Part shown: positions 46,433 through 60,741 of the stretch, piece after piece | Position numbering within the stretch: position 1 is the first letter of the stretch | How the letters are laid out: each line of letters starts with the position of its first letter | DNA from: Chrysomallon squamiferum | Lineage: Eukaryota > Animalia > Mollusca | NCBI GenBank assembly: GCA_012295275.1 | Contig: CM022671.1 | Span: forward strand, 4,340,001-4,404,000 | Reading direction: 5' to 3' | DNA: 64,000 nt | Made by a program: the position numbers and the translations under genes | The notes under the pieces: model-generated | What the model was told of the DNA's origin: nothing | Seen by the model: the letters and a program-made list of their open reading frames with translations, nothing else | Database searches by the model: none

Positions 46433-48329
46433 GTTATTATTATTCAATTTTTAATTTTACTTATTTGTTTATTCTATGAACAAAAGGGATTTCGATGACA
46501 CCACCCTCTATAAAAATTCTGGATCGCTCCTGATTTAGGTTCATCGACGTACCCAACCAAACAATGACCGAACTAAAATTTTCTTTCCCAGTTAGGTAAC
46601 GGCATAATCCGGATCTGAGCTGTTAGGGACATAACGGCGAGGTTTCAGAATTTCTGAAATATGTGACAAAGACAACAAGTTAACAGTCTTCACAGAAATA
46701 AAAATGTTAGCGGCGTAGAATGAATGACCTGGCTGTTTGCAAAATAACTTGATAAAGAACAAAAGGTGGGGTGGGGCGCCTGTTTATGAAAATATTTACG
46801 CATACTTTGTTTTTTTATTATTATTTGTTTTTGTTGTTGTTAGTCATTGTCTGTATTTATATATATATATATATATAAACACAGACAATGATTAACAACA
46901 ACAAAAACAAATAATAATAATAAAAAGAAAATATATATATATATATGTATGTGTTGGTGTGTATATATGTATATAATCATATATGTGATTGTGTGCTTGT
47001 ATATAATGTGTGTATGTATATGCATGATACATACATACATATATGTAATATATAGTATAGTTATAATTTTTATAACTATATATAACGATGTGTAGATATA
47101 CATTTTTTTTTTTTTTATTATTATTTGTTTAATGTCATAATCTGGGTTAGTGTAACGATGTTTTCAAACAGATATGTATTTATTTTAATTTTATTATTAC
47201 AGCCTTCCGTCAGATATGGCCTTTGTTCTTGTCTGTGTATACTTACAACATGATATATATTGTGACCACTGACCTGGGTCAAAAGGGCATCCTAGTGGCA
47301 TTGACATATTTTAGAGATAAAAACAAAATTATTGTTATTGCGGTTGGATATAGAATTCATAAAGACCGTTAAATATATTTTTAAGATAATAACATGAGAT
47401 AAAAATGAACATACTACATTAGGTTATTTGGTTATTTGGTTATTTGGTTATTTGGTTATTTATTTATTTATTTATTTATTTGTTATTCGGACTAAATAAA
47501 AACTAACGTATGAATTTTCTGACATTTAAATTGGATTGAGGGGAAAAAAAAAAAAAAAAAAAAAAAAAGGAGGAAACCCCCAAAATCTCCACCTTGAAAA
47601 TATATTCTATAAATGTTACTATTTTCCGCTTCTGTGAAAAGATACAAAAACATAATATCAATGGACGCATATACATACATTATATATATATATAAAAAGT
47701 AAAAAGAAAAGTCTGATGATGAGAATTATATGAAGTTTTCGCAGTTATGGCCGGTTCCATGTCGTGAAGTGAAGTAGTGTTGTGTGGTGACGCAATCAAT
47801 GTTGTTAACTTTCCCGCAGGTCTGTTGTACTGCATTATCTCCCTTGCTGGAAAATGCATCTCCTGCAATCTAGATTTTAAAACATTTTGGAATCCCCTAG
47901 CAACTCCGTCGAAATAAATTTTTGTCTGCGTACGGGCCTGTCACGTGTTTAACATCGAAAATCCCGTTTTGGTTATGCACGCGCAGAAGCATGGACGAGT
48001 TTGAGCGAACAATAATTTTGTGATTTATTAACATGGTCAATACTATATTGTTCCTTTAAAAAATAAAACAAGCTTTCAGTTAGTTAATTAATATTAATGA
48101 ATTTTAACGTTTTAAAGAGTAATTCTAAGAACTGTTGACGTACGTGCATACATGGCGTGGTGGTATTCTGGGCAGTGGACGATGACAACGTGGTCGTTTG
48201 GTTTGTGCACATTCTGTATGTACCCTGGAATGAAAAGTTATTAATTTTACATATAAAACACTTCATAACTGTTTTAATGATAGTCTACAATTTATACTGT
48301 GGAACAAACCATTCTAGAGTGCTATATAC

Positions 48330-48393
<64 letters not shown>

Positions 48394-49707
48394 TAACAAC
48401 AACAACATCAGTAATAATAATATGCATTTGTATAGTACCACATATGCCATATTCGGTGCTGTGTACACTTATGGCTGTGGTAAAATGTATTTAATAGAAC
48501 ACAGTTCTGATTAATACAGTAACCAAACCTAACAAGCAAACAAACAACAACAACAAAAAATTGAAAAAAAAAAAAAAAAAAAAATAAATTTCCGCCATTT
48601 TATTGCACTTACTACCTTAAGACTCATTTTCCTGTTTCGGGTCACAGTGTTTATTCTTTATCTTTTTTTTTTTTTTTTTCTTTTTCTCTGCAACAGAGAG
48701 AGCTCGACAAGACACCTAATTAACATATTTATAAATAACACTGAAGGCACACGATTATTCTGTTTATTCCGAGTTAATTTATGCGATAACAATACCAGAG
48801 CATAAATCCCACAATACCAAAGTGAAGTCAAGGTCATGGTCGCGGCTTTATTTCGGATCGTGGTTACAAGAATTTTAACTGTTCGCATTTTGTTTGGAAA
48901 GTGACATCTGTTTAAAAGTATTGTGAAGGAAAACACAAAAATTATGGCGCGCCAAGTAGGTCATAATTTGTTAGTAGGTAGACGTCTACAATAATTATTA
49001 AGTAATATTTAAAAGATACAATAGTAACAATCCATAACCCACATCGGTACAGACGCATTATATTTGTTTGATTTTCTCGTAAAACAAACAAAACAAAACA
49101 ACAACTATAAAAAAAAAAAAATAACAAAACATTCACACCCAATAAAAACACCACCACCTCCATAACATACCAAAGAAAAAATAAAAAATAAAAAAAAATA
49201 ATAACAGTTATAATTAAAATACTGAAACTAAAACAAAAACCAAAAGTTCAAAACAACAACTGTTACACCAGTAAACAAGAAAAAAAGAGAAAAAACCTTA
49301 CAATAACAAAACAAAAAAACAAAAATATAAGGCTACAATAACGACAGAAAAGTTAAAATAATGATATACAGAATGTTGATATATTTATATAATGCAAAAT
49401 ATTATTATTTATTTATTTATTTATTCATTATGTTATGTTATTTTTGTACGATGATTTATAGTGTGAATGTCCAACCGTAGATGAGATAACCGCGCAATTT
49501 GTATAACATAGTCGATTTGTTGTAATAGCGTATGTAAACTAACATAACTTGACACATATATCACACATGTAAGTCCACATGCACTCAATTATAACACGTA
49601 AAATAAAAATAAAAACTTGTGTGTGTTCATGTGCGTGTGTATGTGTAACCTAATTTTTGCTTGTATTCAAGCTTTGTTTCTTTTCTTTCTCTTTTTTAAA
49701 TACCAAC

Positions 49708-49743
<36 letters not shown>

Positions 49744-49866
49744 ACGCGCGTTTAAATGCATGTATATGTGGACGAATGTGTGAATGTGTGAATTCACGAA
49801 CATATTTACAAATGGATCATCGCTATAGCAACTGATAATATACAATATATATGTTCATACGTACAT

Positions 49867-49939
<73 letters not shown>

Positions 49940-50352
49940 ATCACCAGCACAACAAACAGCAAAAATTATCTTACAATACCATAACTTTAGCGAATTCAAT
50001 AAAAACCATTCATTAATAAACTATGATAAAGGTATAAAAACAAAACAAAACAAACTGTAAACAATTTTTGAAGTGAAATAAAACCAACTATATCTGAAAA
50101 AAAAAAAAAAAAAAAAAAACACACAAAAAAACAAAACCAACGGAAATTAATAAAAATAAACCTTAATAATATTAACTATATTATTTGTATATATATATAA
50201 TATATATATATATTATATATATATATATATTCTCGCAATCTTTGTAAGCGCAACAAAACAAAAACGTTGACATAAAACTTACAATCAAAAGCATAATCGG
50301 AATACTCGCTTCCGTCCATTCCAATAACTATAATTCGGTCCTCTTCTGCCAT
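44351..50352 (-). CDS. Universal stress protein (UspA family, ATP-binding type), 160 aa, with C-terminal His6
   Basis: Exons 50352-50283 ([23 protein letters not shown]), 48224-48144 ([27 protein letters not shown]), 45566-45457 ([37 protein letters not shown]) and 44572-44351 ([73 protein letters not shown]). Phases 1, 1, 0 are consistent and the G-2x-G-9x-GS motif is present. Confidence 0.95.
47845..47940. mobile_element. MITE/DNA transposon end remnant in USP intron 2
   Basis: Ends in CTGCGTACGGGCCTG (CAGGCCCGTACGCAG on minus), preceded by AAATGCATCTCCTGCAATCTAGATTTT..CCCCTAG. From memory this resembles common invertebrate non-autonomous elements. Confidence 0.4.
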
Positions 50353-50430
50353 TTTGCTTGTAGATTTCACCACTGCAGTCAGACGGGTCAACTCCAGTAA
50401 CAGCTCAAGTCTCTGAGACGTACGTAGGCT

Positions 50431-50449
50431 TATTATAACAAACACCAAT
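50431..50449 (-). promoter_or_regulatory. TATA-like (TATAATA) and CCAAT elements upstream of the USP
   Basis: Minus strand ATTGG..GTTATAATAAG, about 80-95 nt upstream of the ATG. Confidence 0.3.
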
Positions 50450-50574
50450 TTGTCCACGCTAATATTGTCATGGCAGATAGGTCAGCCATTTGCAGAAAGG
50501 GTGGCGCAAACTGGGGCGAGTCTAAAATTTTGCGAAGGCGTGGTCTGGAAGTTAAAGAAGGCCTTGCCTAGTTT

Positions 50575-50604
<30 letters not shown>

Positions 50605-50610
<6 letters not shown>

Positions 50611-50970
50611 TATAATTCAGATTTATTATAGTTTGAATTTATAATGATAATTATAATTCAGATTTATAATGATAATTATAATTCAGATTTATAATATTTA
50701 TTATGATTTAAATTTATAATATTTATTATGATTTAAATTTATAATTATTATTATGATTTATATTATAATTATTATTATGATTTAAATTTATAATTATTAT
50801 TATGATTTAAATTTATAATTAATATTATGATTTAAATGTATAACTCAGATTTATAACAATTACTATAATTCGGTCTTGTAATAACATTATTCTGGTTCAG
50901 ATTTATCTTAATTATTATTATAATTCAGATTTGTTTTTTTTTTACAATTATTATAATTCAGATTTATATT
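50605..50970. repeat. AT-rich minisatellite of about 25 bp (TATAATTCAGATT / TATTATGATTTAAATT units)
   Basis: More than ten imperfect tandem units just upstream of the USP promoter. Confidence 0.8.
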
Positions 50971-51017
50971 ATTATTATTATTATAATGTATGAATGCAAT
51001 GTCATTATAAAAGTTTT

Positions 51018-51158
51018 ATGGGCGGTTCCATGATTTTCAGAAGCGGTGACTGTATAATTATTCATATTATTGCTTGAAAGACCATTAAAAATCTAACAAG
51101 GGCTAATCGGGAATTTATTGAAGGGGGCTTAACTTTTACCTCCCCTTGAATCCGCCAT
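51018..51158. mobile_element. Small MITE with imperfect terminal inverted repeats
   Basis: Left ATGGGCGGTTCCA and right TGAATCCGCCAT (reverse complement ATGGCGGATTCA), resembling GGCGGATCCA-type MITE ends. A related end fragment lies near 46486-46532. Confidence 0.45.
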
Positions 51159-51392
51159 ATTTGATATAGTGAGGGAAATACAATATGAGAAACTTCGTCG
51201 TATGTTTGGTTCGTTCGAAACGGAAAGGAATTCTGGCGACGGATAAATAAAGTTTTAATCTGATCTAGCGTTAGCAAAAACACGTACAAGCGTTTCGGAG
51301 ATAACGATGTGAACGAAAGAAAAGAAGAGTGAGAAAGTGGAGAAATAAAAAATAAAAAATAAAAAAAAGAGTAGAAAATAAAGTTCAGAATA

Positions 51393-51466
<74 letters not shown>

Positions 51467-51582
51467 TTTTTTATCTTTAACTTTTGACTTCTGCAGGCGT
51501 TGTTTAATTCAGCTGCGTACTTGTTGTAGTAAACAAGCTGTCAGTTGATACTCGATGCAGTGTAATTATTACAAAGGCTTAC

Positions 51583-51830
51583 TTATTAATGATTACGGGA
51601 AGAGAACACCACGCCTTCTTCTCTTCAGACTGAAACTGTTTCCGTTTCGTTTGTTCTCGTCTTACATACGTTTTTTTGTTTTTTTTATCAAGCGAAAAGT
51701 CGTCAAAGTTAGACGAGTAGGCGTTCGTTCGTTCTCGTGAGGAAATCTTACGGAACATCGCCGAGCGATCTTGTTCGTTCTTCTTCGTACGAAATCGGTC
51801 GGAGAATCGTTTGACGAAGTTGTCAGTCAA
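51583..51830 (-). other. Candidate unassigned exon (248 nt, open frame)
   Basis: Flanked by tttatag| and |gtaagc, CpG-rich, reading LTDNFVKRFSDRFRTKK..MFRKISSRERTNAY..WCSLPVIIN. No recognised homology. Confidence 0.3.
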
Positions 51831-52161
51831 CTATAAACATTTTTTATCAGCCCCGTTATAATATGTATACTGTGTGTTTGTGTCTGATTGTGTAAGAGAG
51901 AGAGAGAGAGAGAGAAAAAAAAAAGAAGAAGAAAAAAGGAAGGAAGAAAAAAAAAAAAGGAATAAAAACAAACTGAAACAGAAAATAAAATAAAATTAGG
52001 ATAGAAATAAATAAAAGAAGTAAACTAATATAATGAAAAATGAAATGATATCTAGGACAACAAATAAATAAGTCAAAATATAATAAATATAAAGAGAAAA
52101 TAAAAGGAAATAAATAACAACAGTATTCATTTGTTTAATAATAATAATAATAATAGTAGTC

Positions 52162-52213
<52 letters not shown>

Positions 52214-52635
52214 CAATAATATGAACATAATCACCGTTAATATTATTATTATTATTAGTGTTATTGTTTTTGTTGTTGTTGATGTTGCTGTTGCTGGTAT
52301 TGTTGTTATTATTATAACTAACTAAGAAACAAACTAACTAAATAAATAAATGAATAAACCCCAAGAAAACAAACCATAGCGAATTCAATAAAAATAAGTG
52401 GGAATTATTTCAAACCATAGTAATGTGGCAGAATTTCAAATAACCTTGGTCAGGTCACTGATCTGTCGGTAACAGACACAAAGTTCATGGCTAAAGTTCG
52501 TGACCTTTTTAAAATGAGCCTCGTTCAGGAAGCTTAATTTAGCTTTCACGGACATGTCTGGAATTTTTTAAAAGGAACACGATAAACTGTTTGCGAGATA
52601 ACAACAATTACTGTCGCTATTACTGCTTCTGTAGT

Positions 52636-52667
<32 letters not shown>

Positions 52668-52812
52668 CTATTAAACTACTGCTGCTGCTATTAGTATTAA
52701 TATTATTGCTACTGCTACTTCTATTCTAGTCCTACTACTGTCTTTAGTATTATTATTTCTAATATTATTACTGTTCTGTATAAAGAACTCTTATTAATTT
52801 AATTTTTAGAAA

Positions 52813-52858
<46 letters not shown>

Positions 52859-53096
52859 TTAAATAAATAAATAAATTATAATAGCAGAATATAATTTTAT
52901 AAACATTTTAAGGTATCTGTATAAAACAAATGGAACACAGGTCTAGACAGTAAAGAAAATATTCTTTTTTTTTAATAAAAAGAATTAAAAGAACAATAAA
53001 GAACAAAAAAAAAAAAAAAAAAAAAAGATGCAGGTGATTTTTGTAAACCTATAATATATATAATTTTTAAAATATTCAAAACATTTTTTAATTTAC

Positions 53097-53155
<59 letters not shown>

Positions 53156-54864
53156 GAGTTCGAAATAATAACTAAAATAATACAGCAAGTGCCAAATAAA
53201 ATGAAAACATTCATCACATGTACAAATTGCATGATATCATTTTACAAATACCAGCGGGGGTGGTGGAAGGTGTTGTTTCAAGTTTCACTAATTAAAGACG
53301 ATTTCATACAACCAGTTTTCTTTTGTTTACGAATTCCAAGGTTACTTATTTGTGACATGATTACTTCTTAGCTCCAGAGATGACCGTTGAAGCTATAACG
53401 GCCAAGAATCAATTGGTCCCAGAGGAAAACAAACTTTAGAGTTATTTCCCTTTTTCATTAAAACGAGCCAAGGTTTTGTTTATCAAAGGCAAAACATGTA
53501 TATATTTTTTTTTTTTTTTTTATGTGAAGATGTCTGTGGAAGATTCTGGCTGTTGACGGATAAAAGAAGCTACATGAAAGAGCTACCCCGTGTAAATAAA
53601 TAAATATATATAAAAAAACATATACCCTGTAGCGTTACATTGAGAATTATATGTTGTTTTATCATAGGAGAATCAGAACTGTGGCGTCGTGTACAAATAC
53701 ATCTCTCACTTGCTTCACGTTATCTCTTTATCTCAGGTAATAAATCTCTGTTAGTGGCTCTATCTGTCCGTCCATCCGTCCAGTCTGTCGTTCTGTATCT
53801 GTCCATCTGTATATTAGTCAGTCTATCAGTCTGTTTTTATGTTTGTCTCTATTTTATGTGTGTGTTTGTGTATGTTTCTATGTATCTATGTGCGTAGTAT
53901 GTATTTGGGTAAATATTTGTGTTTGTGCATTTGTGAGAGTGTTTGTGCGTTTGTGTGTTTATGTATTTATTTATGTGTGTGCGTGTCTGTCTGTGTGCAG
54001 TAAATACAATCATTATAAAATGTAATCGATTACAATTGCTCTTAACATTAAATCTGGATTACACTGATAAATACTTTAAAGACTATATACAAAATTTATA
54101 AAGGAAAATCTATTCCTTGACAACCTTATTTTTATTATTATTATTATTTTTTTTTTTTTTTTTTTTTTTTTTATTCTCCACTGCAATTTTGTGTAACATA
54201 TGCCTCCATTAATGTTATACCTCACAATAGACATTATACTTAAAACTGTTTAGAACGGTGTAGATTTTCAGCCATTGTTTACATGGTCACACGATTTCTT
54301 TTGTTTTGGTCACGTGACACTGACAACATACTTCTGTGCTCTTAATTAGGTTGACACAAAGTGTAGACAGATTATTTTAGTTTAACAAATGCTGCTGTAA
54401 CAACAAAAGAAAAAGCTTTGTTTGTGATCATATCCATGAAGCGAGTGCAAAAACAATGCTTGACTGAACGATGGACATTCTGAATTACCGTTCTCTCGTG
54501 TTTAAAATGCTGGAACTGGATTTTTATTACGTTCAGGTCACATTGTAGAGTATGTGTGGATATTTATAGACCAAAATTAGTATAATACGATGGTGGATTT
54601 ACAATAAGCATAACAATATGCACAGAACAAATATTTGAAAAATATTCGTGATTAAACTACAAAGGAGAAAAATGTGAAAAGGACCGTAACAGTTTACGCT
54701 GAAATTTGTAAATTATTTCCTCTACGATTTAATGATTTATTTTCATTCATGCACACATACACACACATACACTCAATAAAACGAACTAAAACGTGTAAAT
54801 AGTAGTTAAATCTTATTAGTTTTAAAGGATTAAAATCGTCCGAGAGAGAGGGAGAAGGAGAGAG

Positions 54865-54932
<68 letters not shown>

Positions 54933-55938
54933 TTTTGGCAGTTTCAGTAGGATTATTCCTTCATGTATTTACGTTTAGATGATTGCGTAAGAAGCATGTA
55001 TACTGGTACCCGTATGCATGAACATGAATGCGTAAGTGTGTGCGCGCCTATATATATATATGCACACGTGTCTTTTTATATTTGTATCTCCATGAATGTA
55101 TGTTTGTGTGTGTTTATATATCTGTATACGTGTGGATATACATTTTACTCTACTCTTCAATCATCCATAGACACGAATCCAAATACACAAAACTAAAACT
55201 GAATACGTATAACCTGTAGTTTTATTATTAAAACGAACATCACATTACAGCAGTAAAAATACACATAATATCCCTCGTAGTTAAAACTGAATTTAAAAAA
55301 AAAAATCACCACTTATCATTATGAATAATTTAAAATCATATATATATAGATATATACTGTACATATTAAATACTGCATGCACGCACTAAGCAAACAGATT
55401 CATCAAGAGCTGAAAGAAGTGATATGTCGAAGCAGTATTTTGACATTCTCCCTCATTGCACAATAAATAATTATGATTCAGGACAGGTTGAGAAGGATGC
55501 GATCTTCTCTGATATTTAGATTGTTCAAGAAGAAAGAAAAAACGTGTCCATATTTATTGCAACAAATTTTGGTTTAATTTAAACGTTTAATTTGACGAAC
55601 GGAAATGATATGGCAGTTAAAATCAGGTGGTAATTTCAGAGATCTTGGATTAATAATTAAACATAAATTAAATATATATATATATTCATATTTTTTTTTT
55701 TTTTTGGTTCAATCAATACAACACAACCGTTGTTGACATTTAATATTTTTCAAAATAATAATAATAATAATGAAACTCACGGAAGGAAACAATTTAAAAA
55801 AATAAATAATAACTAAAACAAAAGGTAAATACCCCCCACCCAATAACAACACCGTAAAGAGCAAAAACTAATCTAATTATTATAATTTTATGTTATTATG
55901 ACGGTTGTTTATTTACCAAACTGTTTTATTATTAAAAA

Positions 55939-55969
<31 letters not shown>

Positions 55970-57244
55970 TAAATATGCAGACATAATGCACAAAATGATA
56001 AAACAATGCCATGAAAAAACTCTCAACAAACCCTTTACAAAACACAGTAAACCAAAATAAATTCATATTTTTAGTTTTTTAAATACATTTTTTAAAACTA
56101 CTAATCTTAATCTTAAAATTTTTCTTATTTTGATAAAATAAAAAGAAAAAAACAGTACAGCAGCATAAAAGTTGTTGCTATTATTGTTATTATTTAAAGT
56201 TACAGTATTCTAAAAACCTTACAAATTTATTTCTTTAAACTTTTATTTAAGATCTTTTGAAATATTTTATATCTGTTTAACATGTTCTGATATTGTACAA
56301 TCTTTTAATTTATTTACCAATAAATATAAACAATTTTTTTTACAGCTCTAGCTGCCATTTCAGAACCCTCAGATAAAACCCCAAAAACATTAATATCCAT
56401 TTTAAATGCACCATAAGCTTAAAGAATATATAAAATAAAAAAATAAAAAATGTTTGCACCTGCATGTGAATTGTCTCCCTTCGTGGTTGATATACCAAAA
56501 AAATGTCTGTTACAAACAAAAAAAAAAAAAATAAAATAAAAAATAAAAATAAAATAAAATTCAATAGAAAAAAAAAATTAAAAATTACGTTACAAAATCA
56601 CAGTTATCGCCCTTGAACTATTAATTTTTACTTTTCACAGCTGTTATCTTTACTTTATTATTATTATTATTTATTTTATTTTTTAAAACAGTTTTACCAC
56701 TTGAAAAGTGTTAAAACAACAATATTGTTGTTAAGGATTACAAATGATACCATTAACAAACAAAACAATGATTTTGTTTCTTCAGCTGTTTTATAAAAAC
56801 AAAGTAAAATGAAATAAAATATATCTTAATCTTGAAAAATATTCAGAAATGGGTCTGTTTAATGACATCTATAATTATGTTTTAATATTTGCATTTTAAT
56901 TAATGAATTCTCATCTTTCAATTTTTAATTCAAAATTTTATTTTATTTGCTGTTACATTTGCTAGCCACTTTTAAAAGAAGACAACCTGAGGAAATAATT
57001 CTGCTAGATGTTTACATTAAAAAAAAAATAATAATAATAATTCATTGCATCATAAAATATAAAAATTAAGCACTAATGTAATGTGGACAGTTTTTGTATA
57101 AAGGTACAAAACTCAAATAATACTAAATTAATAGCTTTTCCCTGAACCCGTACAACACAGAATGAACAAAAAAAAACAATACAACAAATGCACCTATTTC
57201 AAAACATTCTACAACAAAAGCATGCTATAACTAACAAACAGAAC

Positions 57245-57297
<53 letters not shown>

Positions 57298-57663
57298 AAA
57301 ATAAAAATTCTTCTTTCTAAAACTGCAAAATATCTATTTTGTCACATTTCAAACTAGTACGAAATATGAATGTGTCTACATATCTGCTTATAAAACTAGG
57401 TTCTCTAGTTAAGAACCAGAGTTTACAAAACATTTAAAGTTATAAAAATAAAATAAATAAATAAACAAACTAAAATAATTACAATGGAATGTGTTTGAAT
57501 CAAACACAAAATCACAAGGAAAGGCTTTAGTGCAAATAATTATGTCAAAATATTCAATAATAAAATAAATAAATAAACAAAAATCAATAATGTAATTAAT
57601 AAAATAAACAAATAAACCTAGATTTATATTTTCATTAAGTATTATTTTATGATTCTGTGAACA

Positions 57664-57698
<35 letters not shown>

Positions 57699-60270
57699 TT
57701 TTAATAAATAATAAAAATGATAAAACTGTTTACAAGCAATACATTTATGTATATTTACACTATTTATGTTTTAAATGAAATATTTTATTTTAATAGACAG
57801 AGTAATGACAGTTAACTGGCACTTTTAGAAATATATTTTGAATCATAATTTAATTTATTATTATTTTTAAAAAAAAGTTTAAAAAAATATAGATGAAAAA
57901 TTAAAAACATATGAATAAATAAATCATTAACAAACTAGTAAATAAAAAAAAAATAAAAAAATAAATAAATTTAAAAAAATAAAATAAAGTGCACATACAA
58001 ATAACTACTTAAATCCTACACAAACATCTTACTCATACCTATAAGAAAATAAAAAGGAAAAAGAAAAAATAATATATATTATCAATAACATATTTACAAA
58101 TTTATAAGAGGAAATATTGTCCACTATTACCCACCTCCAAAGCTATCTCTGTATTCTTATTTCAACCCTCCCCCTCATATTGTCATCAAAGAGTTTATAT
58201 TATCTTATGGAGGGGATTTTGTAGAAGAAAATGTTTCCTTTATAAAATAAATACATTTCTCTCTTTTGATTATGTTCAGTTTATATTGTATAAAATATCA
58301 GCAATGTACAGCTGCAGTTTTAACATAAAAATAAATTTAAAGAATAAATACTAGACTGATTTTAATAGAAAATTCTAGAACACATTAATTTGCATGGTGA
58401 AATTCTGTACTCTGAGCACCATCAGGCTAGGTATACTAATCTAGCCAGTGCCCATTCAGTCATTACTGTTATTATTGTTGTTGTTGTTGTTGTTGTTGTT
58501 TTTTTGTTGTTCTTTTTGTACACATAAAATAAAGGTTGCATATATTTATTTTTCTTTCTTTTGTGATTATTATTATCATCATTAATATTATATTTATTTA
58601 TTTTTATTTATTACAATTTTTTTTTTTTTTTTTTAAATATTTTGTTTTGAATGGGTAATGTTACAACAAAGGTATATATATAAACAAACTTTTAAGACTG
58701 GCCATAATTCTTAATACATTCTTAATAAATTAAAGATTAACAAAATGGATACCAAAGACAATACTTTTTATTTGCAGTACGCAAAGATTATCTGTTCCTT
58801 GATAATAAATGTATGAGCTCATAGGTGGCTTAGTTTACATTAATTCTCTTGTGAGAGATAATCCATACTTATCCTCTCTTGTAAGTTTTGTCTGTATAAG
58901 ATTATCAGTGTAAGACCCAGGATATCTGATGTTTAATGTAAGAAATAAATATCCCAAAGAAAGAATCTTAATGCTGACAGTACACATCCAATAAAGATTT
59001 GAATATCAAAATATAGTAAAAAAATAAAATAAATAAATAAGAATTTAAACTATGGAAGACTTAGTTATAACTTCATCAAAAGGTAGATTAATGTTCACAG
59101 ACATAAACATATTTTTTTTTTAAATTCTAATATTCCTAGTGATATTAAAGAAACATTAATAATTTTCAAAACAAATCATACCATAGACATTAAAACGACA
59201 ACAACAATAATTTACAAATATTTGCTAATGTTAAAATTTAAAAAGAAAAGAAAATATAATTAACATTTTTTAATAAATAAATAAATAATAATAAACAGAA
59301 TTAAAATATAATCACAGAAATATCCAGCTAATTTTTATAGGAAAAGTCTAGGCTATGTGTGGTTCTGTCTACTGTAATGGGATATAAAATGACATATATA
59401 ACAATATAGCAATAACAGCAATAAAAAGTGAGGAAACTTTAGGTTTCTTTATCCATTGTTTTGTTTTAAAGTCACATAATCAACCAAAATTTTAAAAGCT
59501 ACAAATTGAAAAAAAGTTAAAAAAAAAATAATAATAATAAAGGAAAATTGACATTAATAATTTTAAAATGTTGAGATCATTATTGTTTTAGAATATTATT
59601 TAACCTTCTTGTAAATTATATTTAAAAAATACAGTACATTATATAAATTAGCAGCTATATAATTATGGTATAAATATTAATATTTTTTGATATTATGTGA
59701 TAGTTTTATACATAAATCATTCACATTTGATTCTGACCAAAACCGGACACATTAAAATAAATAATTTATTTATTATTAAAACAGGTATTTATATATTTAA
59801 AGTAACAAATTATATATTTATAATTTCAGTTTTATAAGTGCTAATAAATGGTTATTAAAATTTGAAAATTTGACATTCTAATATTATCAGTCAGAATGTT
59901 ATAAATATTTTTATTAAAATCAGCATCAGCATTATTATTTATGTGTTGACATTAGATACAACACTGAAATAAAACATACATACAAATATACACAGAGAAC
60001 AATTAGACTGCTCACATAAACACCAGTTAGAAGTTATTCTAAATGGAATATTTTACAATAACCACAGACCAATCAATCAATCAATCAATCAAACAATCAA
60101 ATAAAAATGTATATATTGTTCATGTTACATTCATGACAACCATTTTCTGTTTGTACTCATTCTGTAAGAATCACAAAATGTAAATTGTAAACATGTTTTT
60201 GTTTCTGCAGCTATTACAAAAAAATAAATAAAGATAAAAAGAAAAGAAAAAGAAGAAATTTAAAAAATAG

Positions 60271-60570
60271 AAACCTTGTAGAAAATGTGTAAAATTTTCA
60301 GCAACAAAAATACTGCCTTACAATCACACATTCTCAATTTTTCTGAATCACTCAGTTTTCAAAATGATTTCAGGAATAATTAAAAATGGTCAAACTTTAG
60401 AAAAAAAAACTAAGACAATTACAAAAAAAACAAAAAAACCTGTAGAAATCTGTACAAATTTTAGCGACAAAAATATTTTCTCAGAATCACACACTCTCAA
60501 TTTTCCTTGACCACTCAGCTTTCAAAAAGTATCAGGAAGAATCAAAAATTGGTCATAAAAAACTAAGACT
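60271..60570. repeat. Diverged tandem duplication (period about 165 bp) downstream of the Rab43 stop
   Basis: Two copies of AACC(T)TGTAGAAA..AAATTTT..CAAAAATA..AATCACACA.TCTCAATTTT..CACTCAG.TTTCAAAA..TCAGGAA..AAAAAT(T)GGTCA..AAAAACTAAGAC. Confidence 0.8.
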
Positions 60571-60741
60571 GGACAGTGTTTCTGAATCACCATGACAACC
60601 GAATTCACCTTTTAACCCTTTCACTTGGATGTCCCATTACCGGCAGCAACATAAACAGGTTAATATGAATTCCGGAACATTCTACACAGTAGGACTGTCT
60701 CCTTATTTCTGCTCCTTTGGCTAATGTTGGCTCCTTTGATG

